Shown in pieces: positions 18,407 through 25,949 of a stretch of DNA of 41,215 nt. The stretch comes from a virus. Taxonomy: Duplodnaviria; Caudoviricetes. The stretch is from positions 1 to 41,215 of the IMG/VR virus record IMGVR_UViG_3300030334_000023; one strand, given 5' to 3'. Within the stretch, counting starts at the first letter, position 1; each line of letters begins with the position of its first letter. The notes under the pieces were generated by a model, which was given only the letters and a program-made list of their open reading frames with translations, had not been told where the DNA came from and did no database searches. The translations under genes and the position numbers were made by a program.

Positions 18407-19878
18407 CTGGGTCTCACCGGCTTGATGGGCCTCGGAATATACGTTCTTTGCTCAATGGCGTTGTGCAAATCTCGTGCCATTATCGCATATCTTCGCATCA
18501 TGTACCCATACCGCGCAGCAGAAATCAAGTCGTCTCGTTCTTTGACGATGCGCCCATGCTCGTCCCGGTGGTACAGTCGCTTCTCTTCGAACCAGTCGGT
18601 CAGCGTCTTGAATACCTTGAATCGACCGTCACGCATGCGCTGGCTAATTTCCATGATGCCCTGCTCTACGCTCATGCCGCCTTCCGGCCAAGTGGCGTGC
18701 TCGGCAAGCATCTTGAAGCCTGCTTTCACGTAATCCGACTTAAGCACCTCGCCGCCGCCCTTTTCGTGCTGAAGGCCGTCATGCGGCCAGGCTGTCGGCG
18801 TGTTCTGGCTCCACGACTTCACCGCCGTCCATGCCTGTTCCGCGTCGCGCTCTGACTTCTTCCACGCCTTTGCGATGTAAATGACATCCTGGTCCTTGTC
18901 CCACCACAGCTGGATATGGGCCTGCGGGTGATCCCATCCGAAGTCGAGCGCGTTGATGACGTAGAAATACTCAGGCAACTCAAATGGCTCGCACTGGATA
19001 TCCTCGTCCCTCACTGTGAAGATCAGGCCGGTGCCGACTGCCGGAATACCCTTGGATCGCATGTCGCGTTGGTATTCGGGATAGGCGGCTAGAATCTGCT
19101 CCTTTGTTTCCTCGTCAAGGTGCGGCGCGTCATCCCATGTGACGTTCTGCAGGTACTGACCTTTCTTCAAGTCCTCCATAAACTGGCTGACAATCTGGGT
19201 CATGCCGTTCTCTGGCGTAAAGGTCATCAGGACGTGCCCGCCCTTACCTCTGTTGCCAGTTGCGGTTCGGGTGAGGCACTGCGGATAGATGGCGGTGTCT
19301 TTTGGTTCCTCGTCGATCCAGATCAAGTCGACAGAATCGCCCATCATCACGTGCTGCCCTTGGCTGTATGCCTTCAGGGACAGATGCGACTTGCCGCCAG
19401 ACTTGTGGCGTATCTTGATGTCCTTGACGAGGTTCTTTGTCTGCGGGCTGCGGACAACCGATTCCTGAATGATGTCGTTATATGGAATCGCGCCCTTGCC
19501 GTCCAGCTCGTCGCCATCGAACTCGCCTAGCAGGTTCTTCTGGATAACGTCGCGTATCTGCTCGCCCGTAACGCCCAGCGCCCAGCACTTGATCGGGAAA
19601 TCAAAGCGCGCGCCGCCCCACCAATCCGGGTATTTCCCGGTTAGATGGCAGGCGATCTCAAAGGCAGCAGAGTAGGTTTTGCCCACCCGGTTTGCAGCCA
19701 TGAGCAGGCGCTGCTTTGCCGTCGAGCCTGCGCCGTAGAACTTGAGCTGCCATTCATAAGGCGTGAAGTTGCCCAGCCTGTTGCGGGCGCGCCTTTGTTC
19801 GCGCTCCTGCAGCAGGGCCAGCAACTGGGCCTTGTCACTTGTTGAGATAGGCTGCAATTCGGCGGTCAAGCTCTTCAT
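18403..19878 (-). CDS. terL: terminase large subunit, P22-like
   Basis: Walker A MAANRVGKT, Walker B LIWIDEE, TFTPENG coupling motif, RNase H-like DFGWDHP and DDLISA. Confidence 0.95.
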   Translation of the reverse strand: MKSLTAELQPISTSDKAQLLALLQEREQRRARNRLGNFTPYEWQLKFYGAGSTAKQRLLMAANRVGKTYSAAFEIACHLTGKYPDWWGGARFDFPIKCWALGVTGEQIRDVIQKNLLGEFDGDELDGKGAIPYNDIIQESVVRSPQTKNLVKDIKIRHKSGGKSHLSLKAYSQGQHVMMGDSVDLIWIDEEPKDTAIYPQCLTRTATGNRGKGGHVLMTFTPENGMTQIVSQFMEDLKKGQYLQNVTWDDAPHLDEETKEQILAAYPEYQRDMRSKGIPAVGTGLIFTVRDEDIQCEPFELPEYFYVINALDFGWDHPQAHIQLWWDKDQDVIYIAKAWKKSERDAEQAWTAVKSWSQNTPTAWPHDGLQHEKGGGEVLKSDYVKAGFKMLAEHATWPEGGMSVEQGIMEISQRMRDGRFKVFKTLTDWFEEKRLYHRDEHGRIVKERDDLISAARYGYMMRRYAIMARDLHNAIEQRTYIPRPIKPVRPR

Positions 19879-20245
19879 CCGTCATTTCTGCGGGCGACAT
19901 ACTGCCGTCGCTTGACGTGTGATCCAACTCCTTCTTCATGACAACGCCGTGACGCGACAGCAGCAGGGCGACGGTCTTGTTGTCCATGTCTTTAGACAGG
20001 CCGCCGTTCTCTAGCTCTTGGAGCTGGTCGCCCATCATTTCGTCAACCAAGGCGTTAAACTCTGGCATGTCGTCGCGCTTGCGCCAGTCGTACATGGTCT
20101 GGCGGCCAATGCCGAGGTACTGGGCCAGCCCCTCTACGCCCGGAATCATGCGCTTGCGTCCGCTCTTTAGCGGAATCTCGGGCCAGACTTGGATATACTC
20201 GCGCACCTTGTCCAGCAACTCATCGCTGTATACGGTTTTGGTCAT
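19835..20245 (-). CDS. terS: terminase small subunit
   Basis: ATG at 20245; HTH IPGVEGLAQYLGIGRQTMYDW; DHTSSDGSMSP tail; directly upstream of terL. Confidence 0.85.
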   Translation of the reverse strand: MTKTVYSDELLDKVREYIQVWPEIPLKSGRKRMIPGVEGLAQYLGIGRQTMYDWRKRDDMPEFNALVDEMMGDQLQELENGGLSKDMDNKTVALLLSRHGVVMKKELDHTSSDGSMSPAEMTDEELDRRIAAYLNK

Positions 20246-20246
20246 T

Positions 20247-20405
20247 TCAAAACCCCTCGTAGTCGTCACTCATAACCTTGCCCTGCTGGCGCTCAATGCG
20301 ATGGGTCAGCCGCTTGTTGAAGCGTCCTGGGATCGAACAGCTATTCGGGCGGCGGCTCCAATATTCATAGCCTGCGCCCTTGCTGCCTTTGATTGTTCTG
20401 CTCAT
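20247..20405 (-). CDS. 52-aa basic hypothetical protein (below the ORF-track cutoff)
   Basis: MSRTIKGSKGAGYEYWSRRPNSCSIPGRFNKRLTHRIERQQGKVMSDDYEGF; GAGG RBS; first gene after a strong -10. Confidence 0.7.
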   Translation of the reverse strand: MSRTIKGSKGAGYEYWSRRPNSCSIPGRFNKRLTHRIERQQGKVMSDDYEGF

Positions 20406-20428
20406 GTCTAAGCCTCTAATATACGCCC

Positions 20429-20437
20429 ATTATACCA
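20429..20437 (-). promoter_or_regulatory. consensus extended -10 promoter heading the packaging/virion operon
   Basis: TGGTATAAT, a perfect TGnTATAAT. Confidence 0.7.
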
Positions 20438-20440
20438 CGC

Positions 20441-20515
20441 TCACAGCTTGAGCATGTCCGGGTGCACGGTGTGCCTACTGACCTCGCCGTATTCCTTGTG
20501 GATGAGCGCGCTTTT
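20441..20515 (-). pseudogene. orphan 3' end of a second phosphoesterase allele
   Basis: Reads KSALIHKEYGEVSRHTVHPDMLKL*, aligning without gaps to the C-terminus KVITYHKRFGEVGRITINSDMLK* of 21191..22330 (12/23 identical). Confidence 0.75.
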
Positions 20516-20518
20516 TCA

Positions 20519-21097
20519 TCAAAACAGGCGACCTAGTGTAGCGGCGAACTCGTAAGGGTCTTTGGCTGACTTGTGCAGATTGCATGATTGGCAAGCTATC
20601 ACAAGATTGTCTATGGTATGCGTTCCACCCCTAGACAACGGCTCGTAATGGTCTACATGGTACTTCTCTAGGCATTTAATACCGCACCAGTAGCATTTCT
20701 TTTCTGCGCCAGCCTCCCATTCCATTAGATCGGCAGTGCTGTCCCCTTTCTTTTCTATTGCCCTTCTGCGGTGCTTGTATGCCCGCGATATTGCTCGTCT
20801 TTTTTCTGGATTGTCTGCCGACCACTTTTTCGCCTTGACCACTAAAGAATCTGAATTTTCCGCCCTGTAAATCCTAGCCTGCTCAATTATCCTGTCTCGG
20901 TTTTTTTCATAGTAAACTGAATCATAGTCTTTCTTTTGCTGCGATCTTGACTTGATTGAAACGCAATCTAAGCACTTTCCCGTCTGCGTGTATCGCTCTG
21001 CAATATGCCCATGCTTGCACTGTGACGCGGGAAAGTAGCGATTAAGTCCGCGAGCCTTTGCGGCTGCTCTTGAAATAAGATGAATATGCTTTTGCAT
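20519..21097 (-). CDS. HNH homing endonuclease
   Basis: CYWC..YHVDHYEPLSRGGTHTIDNLVIACQSCNLHK; N-terminal CKHGH..C..C zinc motif; lower GC than flanks. Confidence 0.9.
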   Translation of the reverse strand: MQKHIHLISRAAAKARGLNRYFPASQCKHGHIAERYTQTGKCLDCVSIKSRSQQKKDYDSVYYEKNRDRIIEQARIYRAENSDSLVVKAKKWSADNPEKRRAISRAYKHRRRAIEKKGDSTADLMEWEAGAEKKCYWCGIKCLEKYHVDHYEPLSRGGTHTIDNLVIACQSCNLHKSAKDPYEFAATLGRLF

Positions 21098-21106
21098 TTG
21101 ACGCCC

Positions 21107-21188
21107 CGGATAAGGCAATGATTTTGTGTCGATAATCCATGTATCCGCATGGAAACCCTGGCCGGGCTGTCTCGACACTCTGATTGTA
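21107..21188 (-). ncRNA. structured 5' leader (three-way junction) of the HNH gene with its own -10
   Basis: TACAAT at 21183-21188; outer stem GTGTCGA/TCGACAC; hairpins CCC-GGCCA-GGG and TCCATG-CGGATA-CATGGA; loop complementary to TATCCG next to the RBS. Confidence 0.6.
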
Positions 21189-21190
21189 CC

Positions 21191-22330
21191 CTATTTCAGC
21201 ATATCCGAGTTAATCGTAATCCTGCCAACCTCACCAAAACGCTTGTGATAGGTGATAACCTTGGCGTCACGTCCAGATTGCCAGCCGCCACGGCTTGAGT
21301 GCGCGTCTGATGCTGCCAGCGTTCGGTGCTGCTCCACCACCATAAGGTTTCCTTCCTTTACGTCAACGTGGTGCAGGTGCCCCATGTGCGCAAATGAATG
21401 CCGAGTGCGCCCAAATATCTCTCGAAATTTTGAAACGAATACTTGGGCAATGCTGCTTACTTTCTGCTTGTGCCCGTGGTGAAAGTACAGCGACACGTCG
21501 CCAAACTCATACACGTAATAGGGGTCTGCCGAGCGGTCAACAGTGATGCGAGGCTCATCCTCATACATGGCGTACAGCATTTCCCGAAGCCATACTGACG
21601 CGCTTGTGTCGTGATTTCCTTCGCACATGAGAACGTGCACTGACTGGTGCTTCTCCAGAAGCATATTAATGATGCGCCGGACAGATCTAACTACGACTCT
21701 GACCAGCTTTTGAAAGCGACCATCTGCATCAAGGATGTGCCCGCTTGACTCTGTTGTAGCTTGCAGGCCACTGCCTGAGTAGTGCAGGAAGTCGCCAACC
21801 TGGGCGAAGACTCCAACAGCGGAATTGGGCGAAGACGCTATAGCAGCTGCGAACCAGTCGACTAACTGCTGCTCGGCTATCTTTAGGTCGTAGTCTTCGC
21901 CACGCGTTTCATAGCCCCAAGATAGCTGGCCGAAGTGGTAGTCTGTGATCACATAGCAATTGAGCAGATCCTCAGCGGATGATGCAGGGGCGCTGATTGC
22001 ATCCTGCCTTGGAACTTCCTCTTTCATCGCCTCTACGGCTTCCAGCATCATCTGATATCGCCGCTCATCGTCGGCAGACGACTTGACCCATTGCCCCGTA
22101 GGCTGGCCGTCTGCGTTGTAGTAGGTGGACACGCCCTTGACCTTGAAGCCGTCCGGCACGGTGTGCACCATATCGTGCTCTGGGCTGTAGCCCTTGAGCG
22201 CCAGACGCTTCAACCGCCTGCGCAGCGTTCGCTCATCGAATTGCAGGTCTCTTGCCGTCGCCGCCTTGTTTCCGCCGTTACGTTCCAGCGCTTCGATTAG
22301 TTCATCGTCGGTATAAAGCTGCTTAGCCAT
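21191..22330 (-). CDS. Fis-type HTH fused to calcineurin-like metallophosphoesterase
   Basis: ALERNGGNKAATARDLQFDERTLRRRL; TDYHFG, GDFLH, GNHD, HHGH, GHLHH metal-binding motifs. Confidence 0.85.
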   Translation of the reverse strand: MAKQLYTDDELIEALERNGGNKAATARDLQFDERTLRRRLKRLALKGYSPEHDMVHTVPDGFKVKGVSTYYNADGQPTGQWVKSSADDERRYQMMLEAVEAMKEEVPRQDAISAPASSAEDLLNCYVITDYHFGQLSWGYETRGEDYDLKIAEQQLVDWFAAAIASSPNSAVGVFAQVGDFLHYSGSGLQATTESSGHILDADGRFQKLVRVVVRSVRRIINMLLEKHQSVHVLMCEGNHDTSASVWLREMLYAMYEDEPRITVDRSADPYYVYEFGDVSLYFHHGHKQKVSSIAQVFVSKFREIFGRTRHSFAHMGHLHHVDVKEGNLMVVEQHRTLAASDAHSSRGGWQSGRDAKVITYHKRFGEVGRITINSDMLK

Positions 22331-22357
22331 GCCAATTCCCCGTCATGTAATGGCGAA

Positions 22358-22366
22358 AGGGTAGCA
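22358..22366 (-). promoter_or_regulatory. possible extended -10 promoter for the phosphoesterase gene
   Basis: TGCTACCCT between terminator and RBS. Confidence 0.35.
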
Positions 22367-22386
22367 TATGTGCGGAGGATGGGCAT

Positions 22387-22413
22387 AAAAAAGCCCCGCA
22401 CTTGGCGGGGTTT
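22387..22413 (-). terminator. intrinsic terminator ending the leftward early transcript
   Basis: ACCCCGC-CAAGT-GCGGGGC hairpin followed by T6. Confidence 0.85.
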
Positions 22414-22525
22414 CCGTAAGCCTTTGGGAGTAGGGAGGAGGCAGGCTCGGATAGTGCCATCCTTGGCGGGAGTGATCGTTGCCGCACTCTCACGGCAGTC
22501 ACACGCTCTTAGCTGGTGTCGCTCA

Positions 22526-22629
22526 GTGCAGATGGCCGGTGCTGATTTCCGGCATGTACCGATGTTTTTTGCATGGCTGTAAACGGTCTCTAGCCATCTA
22601 GGCGCATCAGCCTGCGCATTCATCTGCAC
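22526..22629 (-). ncRNA. cloverleaf-like structured RNA, family unassigned
   Basis: 9-bp closing stem GTGCAGATG/CATCTGCAC, three internal hairpins, complementary loops GCTGAT/ATCAGC. Confidence 0.65.
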
Positions 22630-22796
22630 CGAATAGCACACTGTCCGGATGGCGGCGGTCTTGCTGGTGCGCTTGCAAGCAGAGGCGGAAGACACTGTGC
22701 CCAATGTGCTAATCGGTGCCCTCTGGATATACCGCCAGAGGGAGCGGTCTGGCCAGCGTGCCGCTTTATCAGTGCGGTGCTTTGCCGGATTACAGT

Positions 22797-23516
22797 CTAG
22801 CCCTTGTCCTGCTTTGTGGCAAGGTGGGGGCGGTAGGCGATGATGTCTCCGCCTGAGCCGTCGTGCTTCCAGCGCAGACCACCTGCTTTCTCGCTCGTCC
22901 CTCTGAACTCGCCGCGATCTGCGCGCATGATGTATTCCACGACAACCGCCCTGCCGACGGGTCGTTCCCCGCCACGCCACTCAATCCACCCATCAGCATC
23001 TGGGCGGGCGTGGAAGCGGAACCACTTTGTCAGCCATCCGTTCTCTTTTGAGCCTTTTCGGTCAAGCACGGTTGAAACGCTATTGCCTTTCACCGATTTG
23101 ACCATGTACAGCTCGCCCGCTTCATAGCCATTGCCCGACGACGACACCGCTTCGATCCAATCCCCAGCCCGCCAATTGCGCGGGTCGGTCATGTCTTCGG
23201 CGTAGTGCAGGCCGTCATTTCCGTTCTGGCCGATGGCGTCCATGCGGGATTCGTCGAAGGCGTCATCGGCTGCGCCAGACGCCAGCGGTGCCCACTTCTC
23301 CAGCCGCTCGACCTCTGCCATTGCGTAGAACACCATCTTCTTGGCGTCACGCAATTGGTCGCTGTGGCTAACGATCCCGTACCGATAGCAGGCGCGGAAA
23401 ATCTCAGCCAGCTGGCCGTTCATGTTGCGATAGCTGATGAGGTGTTGCAGCTCTTTTGCGCCCTCTGGCAGCTCGTAATAGCTGGCCGTGCTGCCGTCGC
23501 TTGTTACTTTGCTCAT
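22797..23516 (-). CDS. mosaic accessory protein (DUF3310-like N-terminus, GWIEW.GG..P..DIIAYR C-terminal module)
   Basis: YYELP..EIFRACYRYG..RDAKKMVFY; middle DPRNWRAGD module; C-terminal module common in phage early proteins. Confidence 0.7.
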   Translation of the reverse strand: MSKVTSDGSTASYYELPEGAKELQHLISYRNMNGQLAEIFRACYRYGIVSHSDQLRDAKKMVFYAMAEVERLEKWAPLASGAADDAFDESRMDAIGQNGNDGLHYAEDMTDPRNWRAGDWIEAVSSSGNGYEAGELYMVKSVKGNSVSTVLDRKGSKENGWLTKWFRFHARPDADGWIEWRGGERPVGRAVVVEYIMRADRGEFRGTSEKAGGLRWKHDGSGGDIIAYRPHLATKQDKG

Positions 23517-23722
23517 TGCTTTTTCTCCCGTTCTGCTAGCATGGCGTCGGCCTGCTGATACGCGGCATCCGCGATAGCGCGGTAGCTTTTGTCGTCCCAG
23601 TAAGGGTTTGTATGCATGGAGGCCATCGCCTTAGCCGCAAAGTAATCGCGCAGGGTCATGCCGCCCAGCACCGTGCCGTGCTCACCCCAAGGAAACGCCG
23701 GACCACCCGTATCTTTACTCAT
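23513..23722 (-). CDS. conserved phage protein (GGPAFP..GMTLRDYFAAKAM family)
   Basis: Recognisable motif; ATGA overlaps on both sides. Confidence 0.8.
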   Translation of the reverse strand: MSKDTGGPAFPWGEHGTVLGGMTLRDYFAAKAMASMHTNPYWDDKSYRAIADAAYQQADAMLAEREKKQ

Positions 23723-23898
23723 TTCTCACCATCTCCCTTGCTAAGCACACGCGCCCGCTCCAACAAAGCCGCGTCCAAGTTACCCGAATCCAATCCCTCA
23801 AGCACGCGACCTAGAACCTGGCGCAGTTCGTCGCACTCCTTCTCGATGGCCTTGTGGTGGGCTGTTATGCGTTCTGCGAAGCTCGACGGACTAGCCAT
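23719..23898 (-). CDS. hypothetical protein
   Basis: ATG at 23898 after GGAGGTG; coupled to neighbours. Confidence 0.65.
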   Translation of the reverse strand: MASPSSFAERITAHHKAIEKECDELRQVLGRVLEGLDSGNLDAALLERARVLSKGDGEK

Positions 23899-24220
23899 TG
23901 CGCACCTCCGAATCAGCCAGCTCGGCAGCGTGGCGGCGCAGGATCTCGTAGTATGGCGCGGCCAGTGCGCGCAGGAGCGGGTCGCTGCTGTCGTAAGCTG
24001 CAATGACCAGCTGAGTCAGGCTGTGCTCCTCGTCCGTGTTGTGCAGCTTATCCAGTTCGTCCATCGCTTCAACTGCGAGATCCCAGAAGCCAGCGCCGCG
24101 CAGGTTGAGATACTTGTCTTCCATAAGCTCCGCCACGGCGTGGTCGTGCTTCAGCTCTGCAATCTCCAGCTGCTCTTCCTCGCGCTGGCGGGCGGCTTCG
24201 GCCATTGTTGCGTAGTCCAT
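23891..24220 (-). CDS. hypothetical acidic protein
   Basis: ATG at 24220 after GAGGAGG. Confidence 0.7.
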   Translation of the reverse strand: MDYATMAEAARQREEEQLEIAELKHDHAVAELMEDKYLNLRGAGFWDLAVEAMDELDKLHNTDEEHSLTQLVIAAYDSSDPLLRALAAPYYEILRRHAAELADSEVRNG

Positions 24221-24248
24221 TGTATTCCTCCTCTGTTCTAGTCCGCAC

Positions 24249-24297
24249 AGTCTAGCGCCCACGCCGGACCGTGCAACCTGATTCCGACGAACGGTGC
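24249..24297 (-). promoter_or_regulatory. sigma70-like promoter with inverted AlgR-like box (copy 2)
   Basis: TTGCAC-16 nt-TAGACT; ACCGTTCGTCGG upstream of the -35, opposite orientation to the other copies. Confidence 0.55.
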
Positions 24298-24428
24298 ATG
24301 CCCTCTGCGCGGTATTGCTTCCACGCAGCAACCCAGGCTTTGCGGTCGGTCACGCAGGTGTGGTAATTGCCCTCTGCGTCGAAGTGCGGCTGAACCTTGC
24401 GGGCTGCGTTGTGGAAGATGATGGTCAT
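24252..24428 (-). CDS. hypothetical protein
   Basis: ATG at 24428 with ATGA overlap. Confidence 0.5.
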   Translation of the reverse strand: MTIIFHNAARKVQPHFDAEGNYHTCVTDRKAWVAAWKQYRAEGMHRSSESGCTVRRGR

Positions 24429-24631
24429 TTGTGCAGCCCCATCTGCCAGCGCTCGCGAGCATATTTTATCTGTCTGCATTTTCGCTCCAGGGTCTCATCG
24501 CTTTCAGACCATGCGTGCATCTTGTCGAACCAGAACCGCCTTTTCTCCATCAAGCACCAGAAAAGCAAGGAATCCCGATCCAGCTGGCGCAGCTCCAAGT
24601 AAAACCCGTCGCCCAAGCATCGTTTGATCAT
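24425..24631 (-). CDS. hypothetical protein
   Basis: ATG at 24631 with ATGA overlap and GGAG RBS. Confidence 0.6.
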   Translation of the reverse strand: MIKRCLGDGFYLELRQLDRDSLLFWCLMEKRRFWFDKMHAWSESDETLERKCRQIKYARERWQMGLHK

Positions 24632-24933
24632 TTGTAACTCACTCCTGCTTTGTCGAGGGCTTCTTTGCACGCTGAAAGCAAGCCGTTATAGGCGGAGGTG
24701 ATCAAGCTCCCAGGAAAGCTACGCTCACCCTTTACCGGACCCGGCAACTCAACACACAACGCCTTGCGGGAGGCTTGCCATGCTTCCCATCGCTCCTGCT
24801 GAGCCGGCACGTTGTATCTGTCTGAGTACTCGCCATTGTGCTTGTCGCGCGTCGGCTGCCCGGAGTAGCTACCGAAGCTAAACGCAGATCGGTGCCACGC
24901 CTCAAACTCCGCCCGCATCTTCTCATCGCTCAT
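24628..24933 (-). CDS. hypothetical phage protein (RAEFEAW..WEAWQASR family)
   Basis: Recognisable motif; RBS; ATGA overlap. Confidence 0.7.
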   Translation of the reverse strand: MSDEKMRAEFEAWHRSAFSFGSYSGQPTRDKHNGEYSDRYNVPAQQERWEAWQASRKALCVELPGPVKGERSFPGSLITSAYNGLLSACKEALDKAGVSYK

Positions 24934-25202
24934 TGCTTGGCCTCCCTTTCAGCGTCGAGGGCAATAACGCTATCCGCCCTTGAGTTGTACTCTTCCTCCG
25001 TCATGCCTGTGGACTTCATCACGATTGCGCGCATGCCCTGGTACCGCCCAGCATCCACCTCTGCGGCGCGCAGGCGGGCGAGTAGGGCGCGCAGCTCGTG
25101 GCCGCTGATAAGATCACCATCACCGGGAAGCCAGTTTGCGCAGTGCGCCTCAATCTCCCCCAACAAATCATCTGTGCAGGTTGGTAGTGGTGTTGTGGTC
25201 AT
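24930..25202 (-). CDS. hypothetical protein
   Basis: GGGAG RBS; first gene behind box promoter copy 3. Confidence 0.7.
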   Translation of the reverse strand: MTTTPLPTCTDDLLGEIEAHCANWLPGDGDLISGHELRALLARLRAAEVDAGRYQGMRAIVMKSTGMTEEEYNSRADSVIALDAEREAKQ

Positions 25203-25230
25203 GCTTTCATCTCCCTGTTAGTGAACCCCA

Positions 25231-25272
25231 ATCCTACCACTGCGCGGCTTGGGATTGGGTGCCGTTGGTCGG
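25231..25272 (-). promoter_or_regulatory. AlgR-like box promoter (copy 3)
   Basis: CCGACCAACGGCAC, 22 nt, TAGGAT. Confidence 0.65.
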
Positions 25273-25273
25273 G

Positions 25274-25582
25274 TTACATTGAAGCGCCAATCTCCGCAGC
25301 CGCTCGGGTGATGGCACGGCGGGTGGCTTCAATCCTGGATCTGCATTCGCGTATGCCCTGTGTGACAAAAACATCAGTGCGCACTTGGTCGCAGGCTGAA
25401 ACGGTGCCAACCCCGTCCATGCAAACAGTCAGCCCGAGGAACTCAGCCAACCGCAAAGCATCACCGTCGTCGGTTAGAGGGTTCCATGGCTGCCGCGCGT
25501 CACGCCGGCCAAGGTAGTTGTACTTCAGCTCAAGCCCGATTGCCCTAGCCGCCAGCTCCAACAACTCTCGGTCTGTTTTCAT
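25274..25582 (-). CDS. conserved phage protein (WNPL.DDGDALRLA..ATRRAITRAAAEIG family)
   Basis: Recognisable motif; GAGGTG RBS. Confidence 0.8.
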   Translation of the reverse strand: MKTDRELLELAARAIGLELKYNYLGRRDARQPWNPLTDDGDALRLAEFLGLTVCMDGVGTVSACDQVRTDVFVTQGIRECRSRIEATRRAITRAAAEIGASM

Positions 25583-25884
25583 GATTCACCTCGGGCTTTG
25601 GCAAGGGCTTTTTCTGCTCGCTCAAGATGCGGTTTGAAATGACTGTCAATGTAATCCATGTCAACGTCAGACAAGACAATTTCAATCTTAAGGCGCTCCA
25701 GCGCCACATAAAGCTCAGGCGCTGACAACACTAGCGCCCTATCAGCAGGATTATCCCAGCATGCCTCATGCGATCCGCACCCGGCGTAATCGACTACCGA
25801 TTCACCGCTTTCGGCTGCTATCCATCCGTAGCCATCAGCAACCCAAGGCCCCGCCGTAAACTTCGCTTTCTCACTCATTCCCAT
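25579..25884 (-). CDS. hypothetical phage protein (TAGPW..APELY.AL..ALAKARG family)
   Basis: Recognisable motif; GGGAG RBS. Confidence 0.75.
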   Translation of the reverse strand: MGMSEKAKFTAGPWVADGYGWIAAESGESVVDYAGCGSHEACWDNPADRALVLSAPELYVALERLKIEIVLSDVDMDYIDSHFKPHLERAEKALAKARGES

Positions 25885-25907
25885 TACTCCCTATTGATAG
25901 TCCGCCA

Positions 25908-25949
25908 ATCATCCCACGATCACGCTGGCTGTCTAGTACCGTTCGTCTG
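25908..25949 (-). promoter_or_regulatory. AlgR-like box promoter (copy 4)
   Basis: CAGACGAACGGTAC, 22 nt, GATGAT. Confidence 0.6.

Noticed and set aside
22526-22629. Calling the cloverleaf a tRNA or specifically P1 c4 RNA
   Set aside because: No T-loop consensus, anticodon arm or CCA; no ash/icd-ant genes nearby; the family cannot be assigned without cmscan
22755-22782. Hammerhead ribozyme suggested by CTGATAA in a hairpin loop
   Set aside because: Core should be CUGANGA with a matching GAAA and three stems; not found
22297-22980. 227-aa minus-strand ORF across the non-coding tract
   Set aside because: Overlaps two real genes, runs through a strong terminator and folded RNA elements, and has no protein-like motifs
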